Positions 20,199 through 27,793 of a DNA stretch of 32,000 nucleotides are shown here, one piece after another. The notes beneath the pieces were generated by a model. The model was not told the origin of the DNA and made no database searches. It saw only the letters and a list, made by a program, of their open reading frames with translations. The first letter of the stretch is position 1; every line of letters starts with the position of its first letter. This DNA comes from Candidatus Saccharimonadota bacterium (GTDB lineage: Bacteria > Patescibacteriota > Gracilibacteria > UBA4473). The position numbers and the translations under genes were made by a program. The stretch is from assembly GCA_020632335.1 (NCBI GenBank), contig JACKFV010000001.1, positions 450,001 to 482,000 of the forward strand, in the 5' to 3' direction.

Positions 20199-20226
20199 TT
20201 GACACTCGCGGCCCTGTGCCCATAAT
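20199..20226 (+). promoter_or_regulatory. Candidate promoter of the V-type ATPase operon: TTGACA-N16-CATAAT
   Basis: TTGACA at 20199-20204 and CATAAT at 20221-20226. It lies between the 5S terminator T-run and ATG 20260. Confidence 0.55.
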
Positions 20227-20259
20227 GCCGCGTGTTATTCTCACTAATCTCTCTACGCT

Positions 20260-20562
20260 ATGGAGTTTTCTCAGGTGATCCTCGATGCTGAAGACCGCGC
20301 GCGGGTGGTGGTAGCCGCCGCGCATGAGGCCGCGCAAGACCGTATAGCTGCCGTGCAAACCGCCGTGCAGCGGGAGCGGGACATCGCAGAGGCGTCGCAC
20401 GCAGAGGCCTATGACGCCGCGCTGGAGGCTCTTAGAGTGGAGCAAAAAGAGACGGAGCTCCGTGCCGAGAAGACCGCGCGCGCAGCGGCTGAGGAGCGCT
20501 ATCGTATGGATGCCAAGCGCTTGTCGGCGGTGCTGGATTCCCTCTTCGCCACCATTAAATAA
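20260..20562 (+). CDS. V/A-type ATPase peripheral-stalk subunit G/H-like (small coiled-coil protein)
   Basis: 100-aa Ala/Glu/Arg-rich predicted coiled coil. It is the first gene of the operon, the same position as subunit G in Thermus-type G-I-L-E-C-F-A-B-D operons. Assignment rests on position and composition only. Confidence 0.5.
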   Translation: MEFSQVILDAEDRARVVVAAAHEAAQDRIAAVQTAVQRERDIAEASHAEAYDAALEALRVEQKETELRAEKTARAAAEERYRMDAKRLSAVLDSLFATIK

Positions 20563-20571
20563 GCGCACGCT

Positions 20572-22551
20572 ATGGCTATTCTCCCGTTACAAAAAATACG
20601 AATTATGGGCCTGCGTGCAGAGCAGAGTGCCGTGATGACCACGCTGCAAGACAGGGCGCTGGTGCATCTGGAGGCGCATCAGGAGCTGACGGAGCCCCAC
20701 CACTCTGATGCTGAGATCGCCCGCGTGGCGCATGCTATCACGCTGCTGGAGGGCTACACCGATGCTATGCCAGAGGTGACCTTCCCCGAGGGCAAGCAGG
20801 TGGTGACCCGCCGCGAGTATGAGAAGCGCCTCACGGCCTTTGCGCCCAAGCGAGAAGAGGTGCTCAGTAGCACAGAGGACGCCAGTGAGCGGCTGTCTCG
20901 CCTAGCGGTGGAGCAGGACCAGACCGAGAAAGAGCGGGAGGCCGCGCGCATCTGGGAGAGTTTCCCGGCTACGGCGGCGGACCTGCAGCCTACTGCGCAG
21001 ACGGCCTATCAGCTCCTGCAGCTAAGTGACCGCCACTTGGAGGCGCTGCAAGAGACGCTGGAGGCGGATACCACGCTGCTCATAAGTCTTCTCTGGGGGC
21101 AGGCTCGTGGCCGGCAGGCGCTGGCATTGCTGCTCTATCACCAGAGCGCTGAGAAGCAACTGCGCGATATCATCGCCGCGACGGAGGCTCAGGCCATCAC
21201 GCTGGAGCCCGGTGACGCCCCTGCAGAGCGCCTCTCTCAGGCGGAGAAAAAACTCCAACGCCTGGCAGAAGAGCAACGAGAACTCCTGCAAAAGCTGCAA
21301 CAAAACACCTATTACCTGGAGGACCTGCGCTTCTACGCGGATCACCTCACTAGCGAAAAAGCCCTCCACGAGGCTGCGGCACGCGCGTTTCAGTCCGAGC
21401 GGGTCTTTGTGCTGGAGGGCTGGGTGGCAAAGAAAAACGAGGCTACGCTGCGGGAGGCATTGCGAGAGGGCTTTGGGGAAGGGGTGATCTTTGAGGCGAT
21501 AGCGCCCGCGGAGGGAGAGAAGCCCCCCGTACTGACCGAAAACAAGAAAAATGTGACCGAGCCCTACAAGCTCATTACCGAGATGTACGGCACCCCCAGC
21601 GCGGCGGATATAGACCCCACGCCTAGCATGACGCCCTTCTTTTTCATTAGCTTTGGGCTGTGCCTGAGCGACGTGGGCTATGGCATTATGCTGTTGCTCC
21701 TGGGGCTGTACCTTAAGCACAAAACCACCCATAGCGATGACTGGAAGCAGATCTTCCAGCTGCTGGTGTATTGCGGGATTGGGGCGTTACTCGGCGGTAT
21801 TGCGGTGGGCGGGTACTTCGGCATTACCCCTGCGCAGGCGCCACTTTTCCTCTTGGAGCGCGGGTGCGACGCGGCCGCAAAGGCAGACTGTTCCTTTATC
21901 GGGCAGTTTATCGACCCTATGGGTAGCCCAATTAGTTTTCTGATTATCGCGTGTTCGTTTGGCATGCTCCAGCTGATGTGGGGTATAGGAATGAACGCGT
22001 ACAAGCACTTCCTCAAGGGGGATCGCCGCGATGGCATTGTGAGTGTCGGCTGGGTGCTGACGCTGCTCATGCTGGTGCTGACGGTGGTCTTCCAGTACGT
22101 ACTGGGCACGGCACCCTTTAATATGTGGTACCTGGTGGGTGCGGCGGCGCTGGTGGTCTTCACTGGCGGGGCGTTGAAGGGCTCGGGGGTCATGGGGCGC
22201 TTCTTCTCGGGGCTACTGGGCTTTGCGGACGTGACCAGCTACCTCAGCGTCGTGCTGAGTTTCTCCCGGGTGATGGCCCTGGGGATGGCAACGGGCGTGG
22301 TGGCCTTTGCCATGAATCTCACCGCTGGGGTCCTCTATGACGTGGTGGGCGTGCCGGTGCTGGCGCATCTCATTGCCGTGGCCTTCCTCATCTTTGGCCA
22401 CCTGCTGAACTTCGGCCTCTCGATGTTCAGTGCCTTTGTGCACAGCATGCGTCTGCAGTTTATCGAGTACTTTGGCCAGTTCTTTGCTGGTGGTGGGCGC
22501 GCATTTGCCCCTCTGCAAAAAATCCGCAAATACGTCTTGTTCTCTTCGTAG
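20572..22551 (+). CDS. atpI: V/A-type ATPase subunit I (a-subunit, membrane stator)
   Basis: 659-aa ORF. The N-terminal soluble coiled-coil half begins MAILPLQKIRIMGL...VHLE. The C-terminal half is polytopic and ends with the conserved R-containing helix context (FVHSMRLQFIEYF). Confidence 0.85.
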   Translation: MAILPLQKIRIMGLRAEQSAVMTTLQDRALVHLEAHQELTEPHHSDAEIARVAHAITLLEGYTDAMPEVTFPEGKQVVTRREYEKRLTAFAPKREEVLSSTEDASERLSRLAVEQDQTEKEREAARIWESFPATAADLQPTAQTAYQLLQLSDRHLEALQETLEADTTLLISLLWGQARGRQALALLLYHQSAEKQLRDIIAATEAQAITLEPGDAPAERLSQAEKKLQRLAEEQRELLQKLQQNTYYLEDLRFYADHLTSEKALHEAAARAFQSERVFVLEGWVAKKNEATLREALREGFGEGVIFEAIAPAEGEKPPVLTENKKNVTEPYKLITEMYGTPSAADIDPTPSMTPFFFISFGLCLSDVGYGIMLLLLGLYLKHKTTHSDDWKQIFQLLVYCGIGALLGGIAVGGYFGITPAQAPLFLLERGCDAAAKADCSFIGQFIDPMGSPISFLIIACSFGMLQLMWGIGMNAYKHFLKGDRRDGIVSVGWVLTLLMLVLTVVFQYVLGTAPFNMWYLVGAAALVVFTGGALKGSGVMGRFFSGLLGFADVTSYLSVVLSFSRVMALGMATGVVAFAMNLTAGVLYDVVGVPVLAHLIAVAFLIFGHLLNFGLSMFSAFVHSMRLQFIEYFGQFFAGGGRAFAPLQKIRKYVLFSS

Positions 22552-22593
22552 ATCCTGTTATATTCAGCCGCGTATCATTTCTAACTCTTTCTG

Positions 22594-23046
22594 ATGATGA
22601 CCACTCCACTCATTCTCGCACTGTCTGGTGCTTTCCTTTCTGTATTTCTTTCGGGCCTGGGGTCCTCTATGGCGGTGCGCATGGTGGGAGCGAAGGGCAC
22701 GGGGGTGATGGCCGAGAACCCGAATCTCTTCGGGGAGGTGGTGAAGTTTACCGCTCTGCCGTCGTCTCAGGGCTTCTACGGCGTGCTGATCGCTATCCTG
22801 ATCCTCGTCTCTATGACGGCAGATATGGACCTGGCTCGAGGAATCAAACTCTTCTCTGCCGGGATGATCATGGGGATTATGGGTCTGGTATCGGCTATCT
22901 ACCAAGGGAAAGTAAGCGCCGCGTGTGTAGCCGGTGTGGGGCGTAATGAGAGCATCGGTGGGCGGCTGACCACCCTGGCCGCGCTGAACGAAACCTACGC
23001 CATCTTGGCGCTGATCGTTGCGGTGCTGCTCATCTACGCTGTGTAG
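22594..23046 (+). CDS. atpK: V/A-type ATPase subunit K (16-kDa, four-helix proteolipid)
   Basis: 150-aa duplicated hairpin proteolipid. It has Gly-rich helices (GLGSSMAVRMVGAKGTG and AACVAGVGRNESIGG) and a single ion-binding Glu in helix 4 (LNETYAIL). Confidence 0.9.
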   Translation: MMTTPLILALSGAFLSVFLSGLGSSMAVRMVGAKGTGVMAENPNLFGEVVKFTALPSSQGFYGVLIAILILVSMTADMDLARGIKLFSAGMIMGIMGLVSAIYQGKVSAACVAGVGRNESIGGRLTTLAALNETYAILALIVAVLLIYAV

Positions 23047-23127
23047 AGCTTTTCTCTTTGTGGCGCCACGCTATCCAAGAAGTTTTCCGAGGAGGTGGCG
23101 CTCGTCACCTCTTTTCATTTCTGTACT

Positions 23128-23676
23128 ATGGGACTCACCGCAATAGAACACCAGATCCAGGCCGATGCCGAGCGCGAGGCCCAGAGCATCGCCATCAAGG
23201 CCGATGAGCGCATCGCAGAGCTGCAGGCCAGTGCCAAACTCGCCCTGTCAGAGTCTGCCGCTGTATGGGCCGCGAAGCAAGAAAAGGCCACTGCCGAGGC
23301 GAGCAAGCGTCAGCAGTCACGCCTGCAGCAGATAGAAAAGCACGCGACGCTGGCCGCCAAACAGGCTGTGGTGGCGCAGGTGCTCGACGCTTTCTATGCC
23401 CATATGGTGGGGCTGGACGACGCCGCGTACACCGCCTTTATCACCAAGCGACTGGCCGACCCGAGCATTCAGAAGGGTACCTTCCTGGTGAGCGAAAAGC
23501 ACGAACGGCTTATGGAGCCTCTCGTGCCTAAGGGCTCACTGATCACGGTAGTCAAAAGCCTCCAGGGCGGCTTCATCTATAAGGGCGAGGGGGTGGAGAT
23601 AGACCAGAGCCTGCGCACGCTGGTGTACGACACCTGGCGAGAAGCGCTGACCATGCAGATTGCCTCCAATTTTTAG
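23128..23676 (+). CDS. atpE: V/A-type ATPase subunit E
   Basis: Long N-terminal Ala/Glu/Gln-rich helix followed by a globular C-terminal domain. Its position between K and C is canonical. ATG 23128 (MGLTAIEHQI...) is preferred over the listed GTG at 23095. Confidence 0.7.
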   Translation: MGLTAIEHQIQADAEREAQSIAIKADERIAELQASAKLALSESAAVWAAKQEKATAEASKRQQSRLQQIEKHATLAAKQAVVAQVLDAFYAHMVGLDDAAYTAFITKRLADPSIQKGTFLVSEKHERLMEPLVPKGSLITVVKSLQGGFIYKGEGVEIDQSLRTLVYDTWREALTMQIASNF

Positions 23677-23678
23677 CC

Positions 23679-24680
23679 ATGAGTGACTTCTATTTCCTCA
23701 GCGGTCAGATACGCGCTCTGGAGGGCAAGATGTTCAGCCGGCAGCAGCTGGACCGTATGATTGCCGCGTCTACGCCTGAGAAGGCTTTTGGGGTGTTGAC
23801 GGAGCTGCAGTACGCACAGTTTATCGACGCTGACCTGAAGGCTACAGACTTTGACCAGGTGCTGGAGCAGGGCCTCCAGGAGACCAAACGGTTCATAGAA
23901 GAGGGCGCTACGGGGCGACACAGCATTGCGTTTTTTTGGCTGCAGTATGACCTTAATAACCTCAAGCGTGCGCTGAAAGAGGTGCTGGTGGAGGGAAACC
24001 CTGCCCTGCCCGTGCTGCAGAGCCAGACGCAGGAGGGCTACCTTTTCTTCGGCAGCTATACCCCGGCAGAGCTTCTGGAGATTATCACGACTGGGGATGA
24101 GGAGCAGAAACTCCCCAAGCCCTGGCATGCGGTGGTGCGCCGGGCACTGCGGGGTGGGTATGAGAGCTTTTACGACGCTGAGCTTGCGCTGGAGCAGGCC
24201 TACTTTGCATTGCTACAGCAGCTGGCCAAGCGGTCTGGGGATGCCACGTTGCGGGAGGTCTATGCCCTGCTGGTGACGTCTTATCAGTTGCGAGTGACGG
24301 CCCGGAGTGTCTTGCTGCGGCACCGGGCACCAGAGGGGCGGGAGATCCTCCCCACGAAAGACCGCTCTCTTTACCTCCAGTGTGAGACGCCACAGCAGCT
24401 CCAGCTCCTCCTAGAGCGGGCGGGTTACGCAGACGCGCTGGAGTCCTGGGCGATGCTCAGCCCCTATGAACAGGCGCAGCAGCTGGACAGAGCTACCGAC
24501 GCGCGCTATATGCAGACCCTTCATGAGGCTGACCAGGGGGCCATTGGCGGGGCGATTATCCCGCTGTGGTACTTCGAGAAACGCCTGCGCAATAGCCGGC
24601 TTATTCGGGCTATTATGCTGGCCAAATTCCAGGGCATGGCGAGCGAGGACATCTACACGCTTCTTGATACCGTTTCTTAA
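23679..24680 (+). CDS. atpC: V/A-type ATPase subunit C (d-type rotor socket)
   Basis: 333-aa all-helical ORF starting MSDFYFLSGQIRALEGKMFSRQQLDRM...TELQY. Size and operon position match subunit C. Confidence 0.75.
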   Translation: MSDFYFLSGQIRALEGKMFSRQQLDRMIAASTPEKAFGVLTELQYAQFIDADLKATDFDQVLEQGLQETKRFIEEGATGRHSIAFFWLQYDLNNLKRALKEVLVEGNPALPVLQSQTQEGYLFFGSYTPAELLEIITTGDEEQKLPKPWHAVVRRALRGGYESFYDAELALEQAYFALLQQLAKRSGDATLREVYALLVTSYQLRVTARSVLLRHRAPEGREILPTKDRSLYLQCETPQQLQLLLERAGYADALESWAMLSPYEQAQQLDRATDARYMQTLHEADQGAIGGAIIPLWYFEKRLRNSRLIRAIMLAKFQGMASEDIYTLLDTVS

Positions 24681-25033
24681 TGGACAAAACCTACTCGCTG
24701 GCTGTCATCGGATCCCCCAGTACGGTGCTGCTCTATCGCGCGGTGGGGGCGGTACCCTTTGCCGTGAGTACCGTGGCGGAGGCCGAAGAGACACTGCACC
24801 ACATGATGCGCACGGCCCAGGAGGGAGACACGGAGTACTACGCGGTGTGCTTTGTGGAGGAGCAGCTCTTCCAAAAACTCTCGGACCAGATCCGCGATAA
24901 GATGGCCAAGCGGTCACTCCCGGCGGTCATCCCCGTGCCTACAGGCGAGCAAAAAGGCAAGACGCCATACGGGGTGCAGCGCATCAATGAGATTGTCGAG
25001 CGTGCCATCGGGACCAATATCTTCCAGGATTAG
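24680..25033 (+). CDS. atpF: V/A-type ATPase subunit F
   Basis: 117-aa ORF starting with LAVIGSPSTVLLYRAVGAVPFAV (the typical ...viGd.d.v.gF.l.G... pattern). Its start overlaps the subunit C stop (TAATG). Confidence 0.75.
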   Translation: MDKTYSLAVIGSPSTVLLYRAVGAVPFAVSTVAEAEETLHHMMRTAQEGDTEYYAVCFVEEQLFQKLSDQIRDKMAKRSLPAVIPVPTGEQKGKTPYGVQRINEIVERAIGTNIFQD

Positions 25034-25092
25034 CCCTCATTTTGCGTCACTTTAGCTTGAGGCAGATGAAGAGTCTGTGATACCATGGGCTG

Positions 25093-25881
25093 ATGCCGCC
25101 ACTTCCTTCGCGTACGATGAAGGCGTTTATGAGACGCCATATGCTCCCGCTATTCTCCCTTGCCGGACTGCTCGTCATCGCTGGGGTCAGCCTGGCACGT
25201 GGGGTGATGCCGGTGGGGCACTATACCGCCAGTCTCATCCATACCCTGAGAGACGTCCCCTATGCTGCGGCCGACGGAGTGACGCCCGTGCTGCGGGATG
25301 ATGGCGCCAGTGCGGGAAGGGCGCTCCAGAGCGGACAATATGTGTTCTGGGAGAACTTCACGGAGCGAGAGAATTTCCCCACGCCTACGCGGTCTGCCGC
25401 AGACTTGCAAGAGACGCAGCTGGACTACGCTTCTCTGGTAACGGCTCTCCCACAGGCCACCGAGGCCCTGGGGCCGTTTAGTATCTACCCGCACCAGGGT
25501 TTCACGTCGCTGGAGGTTATGGCCTCTGGGGTCACGGCTGCGCATGCCCTGTCGCTCCGGGTAGAGGACGCCGCGGGGCAGGTATATGCCGCGCAGCCGT
25601 TGCACACGGGGGCAAACCGCCTGGAGATAGAGACGCAGACGGCAGGTCTGCAGGAGCTCTTTCTCGTCTTCACCTGGGAGAATACCGCGCCCGGGAGTGC
25701 CGCGCTAGACATCATTCTGCTGAGTTTTGCTGACGTCCGCACCGCGGAGGAGCAGGCTACGCTGCCCCCACAGCGCACTACCGTACGCCCCCTCCCCGGG
25801 CAGCCACGGAGCATAGAAGACCGCCTGAGCGCCCTGGAGCAGGCTCTTGCCACGCTGCAGCAGCGTATGCGTGAGGGATAA
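25093..25881 (+). CDS. Hypothetical signal-anchored/exported protein
   Basis: 262-aa ORF with an N-terminal basic-then-hydrophobic segment (MRRHMLPLFSLAGLLVIAGVSLA). Alternative starts are 25117 and 25129. The C-terminal end is a short coiled coil (IEDRLSALEQALATLQQRM). No family recognised. Confidence 0.5.
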   Translation: MPPLPSRTMKAFMRRHMLPLFSLAGLLVIAGVSLARGVMPVGHYTASLIHTLRDVPYAAADGVTPVLRDDGASAGRALQSGQYVFWENFTERENFPTPTRSAADLQETQLDYASLVTALPQATEALGPFSIYPHQGFTSLEVMASGVTAAHALSLRVEDAAGQVYAAQPLHTGANRLEIETQTAGLQELFLVFTWENTAPGSAALDIILLSFADVRTAEEQATLPPQRTTVRPLPGQPRSIEDRLSALEQALATLQQRMREG

Positions 25882-25927
25882 AAGACTTGCCACGCTGGGG
25901 CATTACGCGCATACTGGGGCAGTAATA

Positions 25928-26167
25928 ATGCTTACTATGCTGGCTTGGCTGGGGATACTACTCGGGGTCATTATCATCTGGAAGGCCAACGCCATCGAGC
26001 AATTCACCGGTGGCAGCGCCTGGGCTGAGCGTTATTTTGGCTCCACCATCACGGCCATACAGGTGGTGGGGTTGCTCATTAGTCTGCTCTCCATCATGTG
26101 GGTATTCGGCGGATTACAGGCCATCTTGAGCGGATTCTTCGCTCCCTTTACTCCCTCTGCGAGCTAG
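25928..26167 (+). CDS. Small two-helix membrane protein, function unknown
   Basis: I chose the ATG at 25928 within the listed ORF 25847..26167. The 79-aa product has two hydrophobic helices (LAWLGILLGVIIIW and VVGLLISLLSIMWVFGGL). Confidence 0.45.
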   Translation: MLTMLAWLGILLGVIIIWKANAIEQFTGGSAWAERYFGSTITAIQVVGLLISLLSIMWVFGGLQAILSGFFAPFTPSAS

Positions 26168-26249
26168 ATGCTCATGATGCTGTATTCTTGTCAAGCGGAC
26201 TTGCAGCCTCATCACTAGAAGGATCTCGAGCACTGTTTATGCTAGCGCT

Positions 26250-27308
26250 ATGCATCTGGACTTGCAACTGGCGGCGAGAGAAGAGTCGCCCGCTACCCCA
26301 TCTGCAACCATCTGGCAAAAGAGCCAGCTACTTGCCCGCATAGCGCAGTACTTGCAGTGGGCAGTGCCGCTGATGGTCTGGGTGCCGGTGGTATGGCAAG
26401 ACGAGGGCCTACTCCTCCCGCTCAGCATCACCCCGGTGCTGGCGCTGCTGGTGGTGCAGGGGCTACGGGGGCAGCTCTCGCTGCAGTACGGGCAGATGCT
26501 CTGGTGGTTTGCCTCGGCGCTGGGGTTGGCACTGGTGACGAGCTTCAGCGGGGCCTTCTACGAGCTCTCGCTCACCTGGTGGAGTGTGTGGCTGGTGGGG
26601 AGTCTAGCGTTACTATTGCCCGAGGCGCTGCTCCCCAGTGATGCTGCTGGGCAGAGCGTGCTGACGGGCGGCGCGGTACTGGGGTTGCTGCTCTCGGTGG
26701 TCTTCCCGGGGTGGGGCATCAGCACTGAGCTGCTGAGTATCTTCTGTGGATTCATGGCCGTGGGGATACTTTTTTCGCGTTTTCACTCGCAGAGCTTTGT
26801 GCTGCTGCTTTTGCTGCTGTGGGGCACGGTGCAGTCGGGCAATGGGCCGTTTGGGCTGCTGGTGCTGCTGGCCTACATGAGCAGCGGCCTGTGGAGTGAC
26901 CGCCGCTTTAGTGAGCCAGAGCGTCGGGACATCCTGCTACTGGCGGGGTATATGCTGTTTCTGCTGCTCTGGTACAGCTGGCAGGGGGTGATGAGCTGGT
27001 CCCTCACCCCGAGCGGCCCGAGCGTGCTTGACGTCCCCACACTGCTGCTGGGGCATGGGCTGGGTACCTACGTCCCACAGGCGCTCAGTAGTATAGACGT
27101 CATGACTTTTGAGGGCGGCATTGTGGGCATGGCGGTGCTGGTGGGGTGGTGCGGTGCGGGGCTATGGGCGCAGCGTACCGGCAGCCAGTACCTCTGGACA
27201 GTCCTCCTCCTGGGGGCGGTGCTCATCAGTGGGGTCTTCCTCAGCACCACCACGGGGCTGGTGCTCTTCCTCCTTCTGGCCAGTAGCCGCCGCAGAGCCC
27301 TCCAGTAG
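26250..27308 (+). CDS. Polytopic integral membrane protein, function unknown
   Basis: 352-aa ORF with at least 8 hydrophobic segments rich in Leu/Trp/Gly. No catalytic motif recognised. The 3' end overlaps the convergent terS-like ORF by 147 nt. Confidence 0.55.
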   Translation: MHLDLQLAAREESPATPSATIWQKSQLLARIAQYLQWAVPLMVWVPVVWQDEGLLLPLSITPVLALLVVQGLRGQLSLQYGQMLWWFASALGLALVTSFSGAFYELSLTWWSVWLVGSLALLLPEALLPSDAAGQSVLTGGAVLGLLLSVVFPGWGISTELLSIFCGFMAVGILFSRFHSQSFVLLLLLLWGTVQSGNGPFGLLVLLAYMSSGLWSDRRFSEPERRDILLLAGYMLFLLLWYSWQGVMSWSLTPSGPSVLDVPTLLLGHGLGTYVPQALSSIDVMTFEGGIVGMAVLVGWCGAGLWAQRTGSQYLWTVLLLGAVLISGVFLSTTTGLVLFLLLASSRRRALQ

Positions 27309-27704
27309 CTGCTGCCGGAGGAGAATCCGTTGCTGCAGCCACACTCGCTGCGAGTCACTCTGTTCGCTTTTCTCATTGGCGGGGGTGTCTTTATCGGCCT
27401 TGTGCTGGAGGTCAAAGTACAGCTTGAGCGACTGCAGCTGCATCTTGGGGTCGGAATCGTCATAGACCAGTTTCATCAGGTGCATCTCCGCCAGCAGCTT
27501 GCCGCGGTCATCCAGTGCTAGTAGCTCCTGGATGTAGGCCAGCACGTCGGGGTTCTGCAGCAGGCGGTGCGCGGACTTTTTCGCGCCGATGTACTGGTCT
27601 TCGGTTTTCTCGTACGCGGCCATGTAGGCACGGGTGGCGTTACCGTATTCGGTCGTTACAAAGTGGTGGCAAAAGAGTCGTTGGTGTCTGTTCAGAGGCT
27701 TCAT
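27162..27704 (-). CDS. Terminase small subunit-like (Terminase_2-type HTH) protein, orphan
   Basis: The N-terminal ~70 aa (LNRHQRLFCHHFVTTEYGNATRAYMAAYEKTEDQYIGAKKSAHRLLQNPDVLAYIQELL) match the pattern of phage small terminase HTH domains (L..kq..F...Y...gNat.Ay..AGY.......a.a.rLL.n..v..yi). The C-terminal ~55 aa are low-complexity and lie antisense to the neighbouring gene. Confidence 0.55.
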   Translation of the reverse strand: MKPLNRHQRLFCHHFVTTEYGNATRAYMAAYEKTEDQYIGAKKSAHRLLQNPDVLAYIQELLALDDRGKLLAEMHLMKLVYDDSDPKMQLQSLKLYFDLQHKADKDTPANEKSEQSDSQRVWLQQRILLRQQLLEGSAAATGQKEEEHQPRGGAEEDPTDEHRPQEEDCPEVLAAGTLRP

Positions 27705-27744
27705 GGCATCAAATGGGTACCCAAAGTATACCGCTGGGTATCGC

Positions 27745-27772
27745 TTGCCATGGTGAGCTGGGTGGCTATAGA
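27745..27772 (+). promoter_or_regulatory. Candidate secA promoter TTGCCA-N16-TATAGA
   Basis: TTGCCA at 27745-27750 and TATAGA at 27767-27772, in the 89-nt divergent intergenic region upstream of ATG 27794. Confidence 0.35.
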
Positions 27773-27793
27773 TGGAGGTATTGCCACTACGCT

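Noticed and set aside
20254-20262. The recurrent start context ACGCTATGG at three genes (20260, 20572, 27794), considered as a possible initiation motif.
   Set aside because: The same word also occurs inside the R-M coding sequence (about 9738), and most other starts lack it. Three occurrences are not enough without genome-wide statistics.
27515-27793. N-terminal extensions of the track ORFs for SecA (27515), DnaK (14418), the 250-aa ORF (13479) and subunit E (23095).
   Set aside because: The extensions are non-homologous and compositionally odd. They overlap promoters or divergent genes, while family-typical N-termini begin at internal ATGs (27794, 14538, 13263, 23128).
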